64,000 nt of DNA from Clostridia bacterium (GTDB taxonomy: Bacteria; Bacillota; Clostridia; Christensenellales; UBA1242), in contig JAZUAE010000012.1 in NCBI GenBank assembly GCA_045637805.1, positions 64,751 through 128,750 on the forward strand, in the 5' to 3' direction. The translations under genes were made by a program, and so were the position numbers. The first letter of the stretch is position 1. Each line of letters begins with the position of its first letter. This document shows positions 38,522 to 49,600 of this stretch, in pieces. Below the pieces are notes generated by a model. The model had not been told where the DNA came from. It ran no database searches and was given only the letters and a program-made list of their open reading frames with translations.

Positions 38522-39521
38522 TTTTAGTTCGATTGTAATGAGTAGCCGCATTAGGCTCGCTAGGTGTTTGGCAAAAATGCCATTCCCATCAAGGCTTTCT
38601 GATGAAAAGGGTGCAGAGGTTTTAAATTCTATTAATAACGCATTGAAAAATTTAAACCTAACTTTATACAAGTGCAAAAATTTGCCTGAACTCGATAGTG
38701 AACTTTTACGTGAAAAGCATTTAATTTCAAAAGATTTGCTTGAGCGCAGAGAAATGAGTGGAGTGCTTTTGTCTAGCGATGAAACTATTGCTATTATGAT
38801 TAATGAGGAAGACCATATAAGAGAGCAATGTATAATGCCGGGCTTATCATTAAACAAAGCTTATGATAAGCTGAACAAAATAGATGATGAACTGTTAAGT
38901 AAAATAGATATAGCTTTTGACTCAGACTTAGGGTTTTTAAATAGCTGTATTACAAATGTTGGAACGGGTATGCGTGCTTCAGTTATGTTATTTCTTCCAG
39001 CTTTAACAATGCTTGGTGAGATGAATGCACACATAAATGCACTTTCAAACCAAGGGTTTACTGTACGCGGTGTTTATGGTGAGGGCAGTGGAAGTCAAGG
39101 TTATATGTATCAGGTTTCCAACAGTAGATGTTTAGGACTTGGCGAAAGAGAAATAATTAATGGTGTAGACCTTAGCGTTCGAAGATTATGTTCCCTTGAA
39201 ATTGCGGCGAGGGAAAGATTGCTCGAGAGTGCACATGATGAAATCTATGACAAAGTCAGCAGAAGTTATGGCGTTTTGACAAACTGCTATATGCTTGGTG
39301 CGGACGAGTTTATGCGTCTTGCAGGCGAGGTTAAGATAGGTTTAGCGCTTGGGCTCTTAAAATTTAAAGATAATTTCATTATTGATAAACTTATTTTCAA
39401 ATGTATGCCTTCAAGTTTAACCAAGATTGCGGGCAAGACTATGAATGAAATTGAAACAAATAAATTCCGTGCAGAGTATGTGCGAGGATTTTTATCAGAG
39501 AATAGAATTATAAGGAGATAA
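38511..39521 (+). CDS. mcsB: Protein arginine kinase McsB
   Basis: NEEDHIR motif and the phosphagen-kinase motif CITNVGTGMRASV. The ATG at 38511 overlaps the mcsA stop. Confidence 0.9.
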   Translation: MAADFSSIVMSSRIRLARCLAKMPFPSRLSDEKGAEVLNSINNALKNLNLTLYKCKNLPELDSELLREKHLISKDLLERREMSGVLLSSDETIAIMINEEDHIREQCIMPGLSLNKAYDKLNKIDDELLSKIDIAFDSDLGFLNSCITNVGTGMRASVMLFLPALTMLGEMNAHINALSNQGFTVRGVYGEGSGSQGYMYQVSNSRCLGLGEREIINGVDLSVRRLCSLEIAARERLLESAHDEIYDKVSRSYGVLTNCYMLGADEFMRLAGEVKIGLALGLLKFKDNFIIDKLIFKCMPSSLTKIAGKTMNEIETNKFRAEYVRGFLSENRIIRR

Positions 39522-39525
39522 AGGT

Positions 39526-42000
39526 ATGTTTAATTATCCGATGAGTGAAAACGTAAAAGAAGCAATGCAGGCAGCAGCTAATATGGCGTATAAGACTGGA
39601 CAAAACCAGATCGGAACAGAGCATCTGCTTTATGGATTAGCAAAGGCTGAAGGCTCGGTTGCTAGTCAAATTCTTATTATGTTTGGTGCAACTCCTGAAA
39701 AAATAGCAGACATTTTAAAACATTCATCATTTGCGCCAGCGCTTTCTGGTAGAGTAAATATGACATATAGTGATAAAGTGTCAACAATACTCAGACGTTC
39801 AGCCAGCATAGCTTATGAGGTGAGGTCATCTTATATTGTAACCGAACACGTGCTTTATAGTATGTTGTATGATTCAGGCTCAACAGCTGTTGGAATTCTT
39901 AGGGGTAGCTTAAAAATTGATATTAAGAAAATGGCTCAAAGAGTGCTTGCTGAAATAAATGGTGAGGACGTTGAGGCATACAATACTGATGTTGTTAATA
40001 ATTATGAGGACAGTAAATCGAAAACAGATGAAAAACAATCAAACAAGGTGAATGCTAATTTGCCTGAAGCTCTTCGTGACATGGGTATTGATCTTACTAA
40101 TCGTGCAAAAATGGGCAAAATGGACCCTATTATCGGCAGAGATAAGGAGACGAAAAGGCTCATTGAAATCCTTTGCAGAAAGACTAAAAATAATCCTGTT
40201 TTAATCGGTGAGGCGGGCGTTGGTAAGAGTGCTGTTGTCGAAGGCTTGGCTCAGGCTGTTGTTAAAGGTGAAGTGCCTTTTGAACTTCAAGGTAAGACTA
40301 TTTTCTCGCTTGAAATCGGTTCGCTTATGGCTGGCACTAAATATCGCGGAAGCATGGAAGAAAAACTTAAAAAAGCAATAGAGGCTATTATCGGTGCGAA
40401 GAATATTATCGTGTTTATAGATGAAATTCACATGTTGGCTCAAGCCGGAAAACAAGAGGGTGAGGTTAGCCCTGGAGATATGTTAAAACCATATCTTGCG
40501 CGTGGCGAACTTCAAACAATAGGTGCGACAACAACTGAAGAGTATAGGAAATATATCGAAAAAGACAAGGCGTTAGAACGTAGATTCCAACCTATAATTG
40601 TGGATCAACCAAGTGAAGAAGATACTATTGCAATTTTAAAAGGTATTAGACCATCGTATGAGAAATTCCATAAAATAAAGATTTCGGACGATGCTATTGT
40701 TGCTGCTGTTAATCTTTCTGTTAGATATATTATGGATAGGTCACTTCCAGACAAAGCGATAGACTTAATCGACGAAGCGTCAAGTAGGGCAAAAATTAAT
40801 GCATCATATAAATCATCAGATATAAAGCAGCTTGAAGATAAGCTGGCTCAGGTTCAAAACCAAAAGAAACAGGCGTTAACTCGCAGGGATTATGACTTAG
40901 CTGCAGAGTATGGGTCAGAGGAAGATGAGGTGTTGCGTCAGATTGAAATTGAAAAGACAAAATCTGAGGGGCAGGATAATAGCGGCGAAATTACAGCTGA
41001 AGATGTTGCAAAAGTTGTTTCTATGTGGACTAAAATTCCTGTTGATAAACTCACCGAAAGTGAAAAGAATAAACTCATGAACTTAGAACAAATTTTGCAT
41101 AAGCGCGTAATAGGTCAAAACGAGGCGGTGTTTGCTGTGTCAAAAGCAATTCGCAGAGCAAGGGCTGGACTTAAAGATCCAAAACGTCCTATCGGCTCGT
41201 TTATTTTCCTTGGACATACGGGTGTGGGTAAAACTGAGCTTACAAAAGCGCTTGCTGAGGCATTGTTTGACGATGAAAACATGGTTATTCGTTTAGACAT
41301 GAGTGAATATATGGAATCGCATTCAGTTGCTAAACTTATCGGAGCTCCTCCTGGATACGTGGGTTTTGATGAGGCTGGACAATTAACAGAACAAGTGCGC
41401 AGAAAACCATATTCAGTTGTGCTCTTTGACGAGATTGAAAAAGCGCACCCTGATGTGTTTAATATTTTACTTCAAGTACTTGATGATGGTCGTCTCACCG
41501 ACTCTCAAGGGCGAACTGTTAGCTTTAAGAACACAATCATTATTTTAACTAGCAATGTTGGTGTGGCTGAGCTTCCAAAGAATACTAGAACACTTGGCTT
41601 TGGTGCAGACGATGAAAATGAGAAATCAAACGAGCGTGAACTTTTAATGAAAGCGCTGCAGTCAAAGTTTAAACCGGAATTTTTAAACCGTATTGATTCG
41701 GTGATTATCTTTGATAAACTTTCAAAAGATGATATTGTGAAAATTGCAAACATTATGATTGCTGCTCTCAACCGTAAACTAGAAAGTAAGGGTATAACTC
41801 TTAAATTTACAAAAGGCGCTATGGAACAGATTTTTGAAAAAGGATACAGTGCGACTTATGGCGCAAGACCATTAAAGAGGTTTATTGAACAGAATATTGA
41901 AGACGGTTTGGCTGAAGAAATTTTGATGGGCAGAGTGTCTGATAATTCGACGGTAACAGTAAGCTTTACAAATGGAAAATTTGTCTTTACTGCAAAATAA
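39526..42000 (+). CDS. clpC: ATP-dependent Clp protease ATPase subunit ClpC
   Basis: Clp_N repeats, Walker A motifs GEAGVGKSA and GHTGVGKTE, and a middle UVR motif ([10 protein letters not shown]). Confidence 0.95.
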   Translation: MFNYPMSENVKEAMQAAANMAYKTGQNQIGTEHLLYGLAKAEGSVASQILIMFGATPEKIADILKHSSFAPALSGRVNMTYSDKVSTILRRSASIAYEVRSSYIVTEHVLYSMLYDSGSTAVGILRGSLKIDIKKMAQRVLAEINGEDVEAYNTDVVNNYEDSKSKTDEKQSNKVNANLPEALRDMGIDLTNRAKMGKMDPIIGRDKETKRLIEILCRKTKNNPVLIGEAGVGKSAVVEGLAQAVVKGEVPFELQGKTIFSLEIGSLMAGTKYRGSMEEKLKKAIEAIIGAKNIIVFIDEIHMLAQAGKQEGEVSPGDMLKPYLARGELQTIGATTTEEYRKYIEKDKALERRFQPIIVDQPSEEDTIAILKGIRPSYEKFHKIKISDDAIVAAVNLSVRYIMDRSLPDKAIDLIDEASSRAKINASYKSSDIKQLEDKLAQVQNQKKQALTRRDYDLAAEYGSEEDEVLRQIEIEKTKSEGQDNSGEITAEDVAKVVSMWTKIPVDKLTESEKNKLMNLEQILHKRVIGQNEAVFAVSKAIRRARAGLKDPKRPIGSFIFLGHTGVGKTELTKALAEALFDDENMVIRLDMSEYMESHSVAKLIGAPPGYVGFDEAGQLTEQVRRKPYSVVLFDEIEKAHPDVFNILLQVLDDGRLTDSQGRTVSFKNTIIILTSNVGVAELPKNTRTLGFGADDENEKSNERELLMKALQSKFKPEFLNRIDSVIIFDKLSKDDIVKIANIMIAALNRKLESKGITLKFTKGAMEQIFEKGYSATYGARPLKRFIEQNIEDGLAEEILMGRVSDNSTVTVSFTNGKFVFTAK

Positions 42001-42116
42001 AGTTGCATGGGATATTTTAAATTTGATATAATAAAAGTGGGAAGAATATTGTTGTAATAATTTTGTTAGATAAACAAGATGGTTAAAACAATTTTTCTAA
42101 ACAGGGAGGCAAAAAT

Positions 42117-42641
42117 ATGAAAATAGAAATTTTAGAGAGAGAATATAAGGCAAAAGATAGATTAGTAGATCTAATCGAAAAGAAATTAAACAGATTTGAT
42201 AAATTCTTAAGCGATGAAGCTGTTGCAAAAGTGGTTTTATCAAACAAGAAAGATAGATATAAAATGGAAATCACTGTTAAAGATCGTGGTCTTTATGTAA
42301 GAAGTGAAGTTGAAACTGATAATATGTACGCTAACCTTGATTTGTGCTTAGCTAAAATGGAGCGTCAGATTGTTAAATACTCTGACAAAATTATTGATAA
42401 GAAGAGAAACTTTGATGTACGTGAACTTGATTTCTTTGATATTCTTCCAACATTTAAGAAACCAGAGATTACAAAACGTAAACACTATGAATTAACACCT
42501 ATGACTGAAATGGAAGCTATTGAGCAGCTTGATTTAATAGGAAACACATTCTATGCTTTCATTGATGTAAAAACACAAAAGGTAGCAATTGTCTATAAAC
42601 GTGACGATGGCGATTATGGTATAATTAATACATCTTATTAA
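42117..42641 (+). CDS. hpf: Ribosome hibernation promoting factor (long HPF)
   Basis: 174 aa. S30AE N-domain plus a C-terminal dimerisation domain (PMTEMEAIEQLDLIGNTFYAFID...VAIVYKRDDGDYGII). SD GGGAGG. Confidence 0.9.
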   Translation: MKIEILEREYKAKDRLVDLIEKKLNRFDKFLSDEAVAKVVLSNKKDRYKMEITVKDRGLYVRSEVETDNMYANLDLCLAKMERQIVKYSDKIIDKKRNFDVRELDFFDILPTFKKPEITKRKHYELTPMTEMEAIEQLDLIGNTFYAFIDVKTQKVAIVYKRDDGDYGIINTSY

Positions 42642-42645
42642 AATT

Positions 42646-42673
42646 AAGCCCTGCGGACTCGCAGGGCTTTTTG
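42646..42673. terminator. Bidirectional terminator
   Basis: 9-bp stem AGCCCTGCG/CGCAGGGCT (42647-55 / 42660-68) followed by a T-run. Confidence 0.75.
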
Positions 42674-42678
42674 TTTGG

Positions 42679-43173
42679 CTATTTTTTGTAGAGTTTTATT
42701 AATTCATTTATCCAGGTTTTATCTGGAGTGTTGGTTGTAATGGTTGGCGCCGTGTCGGTCTCGCTGTAAATGGGTGATAAATATATTACAACCCCAAGAC
42801 GGGTTTGATTTACCGGCACTTGTTCATAAAAAGATATATGGTCACTGTAACCAGGTTTGTAAACAAGCAAAGTTATGTCACCCCAAGTGCGTTTTAAACT
42901 ATTGTCAAAATTTTCATTTCGCAATATTGGAACTTGTAGTGTATCAGATAGTCCATTTTTGTTTGTTGAAAAATACTCATGAGTTTCGATTAAGCAAATT
43001 TTAGCGTTATCAATCGGTTTATTTGTTCCTTTCTCAAGCACAGTTATTACAATCTTACCAAAGCGATCATTTGCCGCAACAATAGATGTGTTGTTTGGTG
43101 CGAGCATTAAAGCGAAAAAAATGTTTAAAATTAAAAGCACAATTACGGGTAAACACTTTAAAAATTTTTTCAT
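42679..43173 (-). CDS. Small secreted protein with CarboxypepD_reg-like beta-sandwich
   Basis: Signal peptide (VIVLLILNIFFALMLAP). The segment GKIVITVLEKGTNKPIDNAKICLIE...TNKNG is typical of carboxypeptidase-regulatory-like domains. Confidence 0.6.
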   Translation of the reverse strand: MKKFLKCLPVIVLLILNIFFALMLAPNNTSIVAANDRFGKIVITVLEKGTNKPIDNAKICLIETHEYFSTNKNGLSDTLQVPILRNENFDNSLKRTWGDITLLVYKPGYSDHISFYEQVPVNQTRLGVVIYLSPIYSETDTAPTITTNTPDKTWINELIKLYKK

Positions 43174-43232
43174 AATAAATTATATTTTTATAAATGCTTT
43201 ATTATGAGAGAGGAATTTGATATAATATTGTT

Positions 43233-44195
43233 ATGGAAATCGAATGTCGAAATTTATCTTTTGGATACATTAAACAGCCTTTACTTTTTTGTGGGGTTAA
43301 TTTTTCGTTGGGAAGTGGAAAGAGGGCAATTCTAATCTCACCAAAAGACCATGGTAAAACATCTTTTTTAAAAGTGCTTTGTGGACTTGAGGATTTGTAT
43401 TTTGGAAACATCTTGTTTGATAAAATAAATCTAAAAGCGACCTCTTTAAAAGATATTGATTCAAGCTTAATATTAAACCCGCCAGTTTTAGAAAATAGGA
43501 AAACGGTGCTTGAAAACCTTTTAAAAGTGTATTATACAAAAGAGAAAATATTGCTTGGTAGAACGCTAAAATGTAAAGAGCGAAAAATTGTAAAAAATGC
43601 AAAAAATGAAGAAATTGTTGAAAAAATGGCAATTTTATTGCCAAAAATTGATACAAATTGCAAAATTCACAAATTAATCGAGGCTGAGAGGCTCGATGTA
43701 AATATCGTTCGTTCATTACTTAAAAACCCACATAATGTTTTTATTGATGATATAGATAAAATTGAAAATTCGTCCTTGCTAAAAAGTTTAATTGAGAAAA
43801 AAACACTTTTTGCCACTGCAACAAAGCCTGTGGATTTTGGGTTTGATTTTGATAAGGTTTTTTATTTGTCTTTTGGTAAATTTTATAAATATAATTCATA
43901 TCAGGAATTGAAAAAGGATAGGGTTAACTTGTCTGTTTGTTATATGTTTGATGACCTTGTAAAAGTTAACGCTAAACTCGTGCTAGATGAGTCTGGTTTC
44001 ATAGTTTATGTTGATGATAAAAAATATAAGTTCACTGATAATGTGTTCAAAAAACTCGAAAAACTTAAGATGGAACTGTATGATGAGAGTGAGGTTGTGT
44101 TTGTGCACGAGCAGAGTGAGCAGAATATTTTTGATCTATTAGATAAGGGTGATGTAAATATGTATGAAACTCTTACCGAGGAAAAAATATTTTAA
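43233..44195 (+). CDS. ABC-ATPase-like protein with degenerate catalytic motifs and a MalK-type C-terminal domain
   Basis: The N-terminus (IECRNLSFGY...VNFSLGSGKRAILISPKDHGKTSFLKVLCGLE) aligns to ABC NBDs, but Walker A, the signature motif and Walker B are non-canonical. Confidence 0.6.
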   Translation: MEIECRNLSFGYIKQPLLFCGVNFSLGSGKRAILISPKDHGKTSFLKVLCGLEDLYFGNILFDKINLKATSLKDIDSSLILNPPVLENRKTVLENLLKVYYTKEKILLGRTLKCKERKIVKNAKNEEIVEKMAILLPKIDTNCKIHKLIEAERLDVNIVRSLLKNPHNVFIDDIDKIENSSLLKSLIEKKTLFATATKPVDFGFDFDKVFYLSFGKFYKYNSYQELKKDRVNLSVCYMFDDLVKVNAKLVLDESGFIVYVDDKKYKFTDNVFKKLEKLKMELYDESEVVFVHEQSEQNIFDLLDKGDVNMYETLTEEKIF

Positions 44196-44254
44196 CTTAA
44201 AATCTATTGCTTTTTATATGTAAATTTTGTACAATATGTACTAAGGTGATTTAT

Positions 44255-44602
44255 ATGGGACAAAAACAAAAGAGTAATAATACAGCATTTAAAAAAGTAG
44301 TTGATGGTATATTTTCTTTACTCAGTGGCGATCAAAAGATTGAGATATTGAAAAAACATTTATCTGAGGATCTGATTGACGTGTTTGAAGATAAAGAACT
44401 TATCTTTAGTGTTGAATCATTTTTAAAGAACAATCTTAATGTTTCAGAAACAAGCAGAAATGCATTTATGCATCGCAATACATTGTTATATCGTATTGAA
44501 AAAATACATAGATTAACAAAATTTAACATTAGAAATTTTGAAGATGCTGTTGCTGTAAAGCTTTTGTATATTATTTACAAGGAATGTTATAGGAAATTGT
44601 GA
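44255..44602 (+). CDS. Small PucR-C-type helix-turn-helix protein
   Basis: NVSETSRNAFMHRNTLLYRIEKIHRLTKFNIRNFEDAV matches the PucR/CdaR C-terminal HTH. AAGGTGA SD. GTGA overlap with nth. Confidence 0.6.
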   Translation: MGQKQKSNNTAFKKVVDGIFSLLSGDQKIEILKKHLSEDLIDVFEDKELIFSVESFLKNNLNVSETSRNAFMHRNTLLYRIEKIHRLTKFNIRNFEDAVAVKLLYIIYKECYRKL

Positions 44603-45219
44603 TTAAAACAAGAGATGTTGTAAAATATTTAGAAGAGATGTTTCCAGAGGCTGTGTGTGAGCTGAGTTTTAAGTCTCCGTTTGAGCTTTTGGTTGCTGTT
44701 ATATTGTCTGCGCAGTGTACAGACAAGAGGGTTAATGTGGTAACAGAAGAGTTGTTTAAAAAATATTCCACTCCAGCTGACTTTGCTGCGCTTAGGCAGG
44801 AAGATCTTGAAAAAGAAATTTATTCTTGTGGGTTTTATAGAAACAAGGCGAAAAATATTATAGCTGCAAGTAAAGACTTGGTCTCAAAGTTTAATGGAAT
44901 TGTTCCAAGTACTGAAGAAGAACTTATGAGTCTAGCTGGTGTTGGTATGAAGACGGCAAAGGTTGTGCTCGCTGTTGCTTTTAATAAACCAGCCATTGCA
45001 GTTGACACACATGTTGGCCGAATAGCAAGAAGACTTGGTTTGACGATGGAAAAAGATCCAGACAAGGTTAGTCTTGAACTTGAGCAATTATTTGATAAAA
45101 AAGACTGGTCTGACTTGCATTATAGAATGGTACTCTTTGGAAGATATAAATGTAAATCTCAGAGTCCTGATTGTGAAGGTTGTAAGTTTAGTAAAAACTG
45201 CAATTTTATAAAAAAATAA
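44599..45219 (+). CDS. nth: Endonuclease III
   Basis: HhH-GPD motif LAGVGMKTAKVVL...VDTHV and a C-terminal 4Fe-4S motif CKSQSPDCEGCKFSKNC. GTG start. Confidence 0.92.
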   Translation: MIKTRDVVKYLEEMFPEAVCELSFKSPFELLVAVILSAQCTDKRVNVVTEELFKKYSTPADFAALRQEDLEKEIYSCGFYRNKAKNIIAASKDLVSKFNGIVPSTEEELMSLAGVGMKTAKVVLAVAFNKPAIAVDTHVGRIARRLGLTMEKDPDKVSLELEQLFDKKDWSDLHYRMVLFGRYKCKSQSPDCEGCKFSKNCNFIKK

Positions 45220-45234
45220 ATGAAAAACTAATAA

Positions 45235-46521
<1,287 letters not shown>

Positions 46522-46557
46522 AAAAGTTCACGGAAACGTCCGTGAACTTTTGTTTTT
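46522..46557 (+). terminator. Rho-independent terminator after obg
   Basis: 11-bp stem AAGTTCACGGA/TCCGTGAACTT (46524-34 / 46539-49) followed by a T-rich tail. Confidence 0.8.
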
Positions 46558-46615
46558 GTATTTTGTTTTACAATGAATGCGCTTTTGTATTATAATATAA
46601 GTAGGGGTGTAAGTT

Positions 46616-49600
46616 ATGAAAAAGATAATTAAAACTTTGGTATTATTGTTTATTTTCTTGCTCCCAACAGCGGTCTTGTTCGCTGGTTGTGGCGGAAGTG
46701 ATATAGACGATGGTGAGATGATGTCTCTTGTAGTTACATCAAAGTCGAGTGCTATGCGCATAAATGACTATAACGAAATAAACCTTGAGCATGGTCAGGT
46801 GTATATTATTGATATAAATTCTTTTAAATATTATGCTGGCTACCAGAAAGGTAAAAAAGAGATAAATGATACAAGTAAAATAACTTTTAGCACGTCATTC
46901 CCATCGGGTGAGGTTGCGCCACTTGGAAATTATGAACTCTATATTTCCTATGGCAATTATAGCAATTATTACACAATTAAAATTAATAAAGTAGTGGCAA
47001 AACCTGTTGCTAGTCAAACATCATTTATATATAGTGGCGAAGAGCAGATTCCTGAAATTACGGGCATTCAAGATGAATATATGTATGAAATGGGGTATTC
47101 TGTAGGCGCAGATGTTTCTTGTGACTATTTTAAGCAATTTTTCTTAAGAGAAAATTGTATGTGGAGCGATGGTTCTACTGAGCCATATTATCTCGGCTGG
47201 GAAATTTTGCCTTATGAAATTCCAACTCCTACATATACTACAATTACATATAACCCATATGATTCATGGAGCTATCCAGGTGAACACCTTGAAAATGTAA
47301 GCGATTATGAAGATATTCCAAATTTTTCATTAGAAATATATGACAACATTATACACTTTGGTGAAAGTCTAAATAGTGTAGGAGCACATACGGTATATTG
47401 TGAGATTTTAAGTCCAAACTATTGTTTTGCTGGAGGCGAAAGAAGAGTTGCGGGCGAATTTAAAATCAATGTGCTGTATATTGAGATTCCAGAATTTATA
47501 AAGGAATACACATATTCAAATGGTGGGCATAATGTGCAGTTTGTTGATGGTTGGCCATCGCATGTAACTACGATTGGTGATGTCTATCAGACTGAACTTG
47601 GTACGCACTATACATTATTTGAAGTTAGCGACCCGGGAAATGTTTTGTGGGAAGATATTGAAGATTTTGAAGTAGGCGAGCAGATTGTAGAGAATGTAAT
47701 AAAAGTAAGCGACTCTCAAATTAAGATTGTTTGGGAAATAGTTCCTATTAAAATTAAAAGACCAACCCTCATTCAAAAAGAAATTGTTTTCGATCATTCT
47801 TCCCATTCGCCACTTTTATATGAAAGTAATGAGGGCATGGAGTTTAATTATAACGATAAAGGTTTTGGTTTTGGTAACGACACCCAGTATGATGCAGGCG
47901 AATACAGGGTTGAAGTAAGACTTAACTATGGATATGTTTGGAGCGATACAGAAACAAGTGAAAACTTAATATTTGATTGGAAAATTATAAAAGCAAATTT
48001 AGTTGCACCGGGAGAAGGTCAAACTGGTTTTGATGAATGGCGAGTGCCAGGCGTTGTAAGTGCTAAAAACACGTTTGATGTTTCCAAAATCTATTTGCCA
48101 TTTGGCTTTGATTTTTCGACATTTTCAAGCACGGCAGAACTAGAGGCCGCAATTGGTGAAAGTGTATCCTTTATAGATAATAAATTCACAGATTCAAATG
48201 GAATTATTTGGGTTAGGGATATAAGTGATGGTATAAAGATTTCGCAGACATTTGATTTAAGCGGAAAGAGTGTTGGTGATACGCAAGCGGCTTACGCTAC
48301 ATATTATTCAACAAGCAATAATTATTTTGATAAAAAAGATATTATTTTTAATATAGATATTGCAGAAAAAGGTTCGCAGTGGATTGATTTTATTTGGGAC
48401 GACCCAAATGCTCCAGATGTTGATTGGATTTATGGTGATGTATTCATGTTTGACGAAGAAAACTTGTTTGTAAGAAGTGGCGATGGATATAAGTTGCAAT
48501 ATAAATTTATAAATACGGACAACTCTGGTGAAAACTTTACATATTATCATAACAGTACAGATACTTGGGTTAACGTTGGCGAATATACTGTGTATCTTGA
48601 ATTGGAAGAAAGTTCAGACTATAAGTATTATTCAAAGTTTGTAAGTTATAATGTTAATGTCGGTAAAAAGATTTTAACGGCTGAAAACGTGGCAGGGGTG
48701 TCTGCTGGTAAGATTTATAGGCTTGATGAGTTGAAAGATAGCTTGTTTGATGGACAAGTTATGCATAATGGTAAAACAGTCGAAGGAACATTTAATTGGA
48801 CAAATCCATTTTTCAAGCCAAGTTTAAACGATAGTAATGTTACAGAATTTGAATATACATTTACACCAACAAACACTGACAATTATTCGCAGTATAAATC
48901 TACAACAAAGATTACAATTGAGCGTTCAGTTGTAAGGGCAGAAATTTTCCCAACTCTTGGAAGAGTTGCAAATGGATACGGCAAAGATTTCTTCTTTGAG
49001 GGGGACAACTGGGCGGATATAATAATAAATTCACTTAACGCACGAGCAAGGGATAAGAATAATTATATTATTGATGGTACTTGGTCGCTTATTATCCCTG
49101 AAGGCAAGACTGTTGTAGATGATGAGTTTGCTCTTAAATTCTCGCCAGAAAATCAAACATATTATCAAGATTGCATTTTCTATAATTTGTACGGCCAGCT
49201 TGATAGCTATTATAAAATCAAAGATGTTTGTTACAAGGGCGCAGAGCCAGAGTTTGTTGTAAATTATGACGGTAAACTTTATTATCATATACAATATGCC
49301 GCAGTTACATATACAAACCATGTTGCAGAGTTTAATTTTGAATATGACATTGAAAACTTTACAATCAATGAGATTGATGGCGGATATACTCTCACATTCC
49401 TTGGACACACTTCGTCAGCCACATATAATTATTCAAACTTTGTAGAAGTTACAACCGAATATGATTTACTAAACTATGTATTGTATCACTATGATGTTTC
49501 TCTCGACACGTCAACGATTTTAATCGTTAATGGAGACATTGTTGTTAACGACGCAATACTTGGAAGTGATAGATATTGCCTTGATATCTTTAGAATGTTT

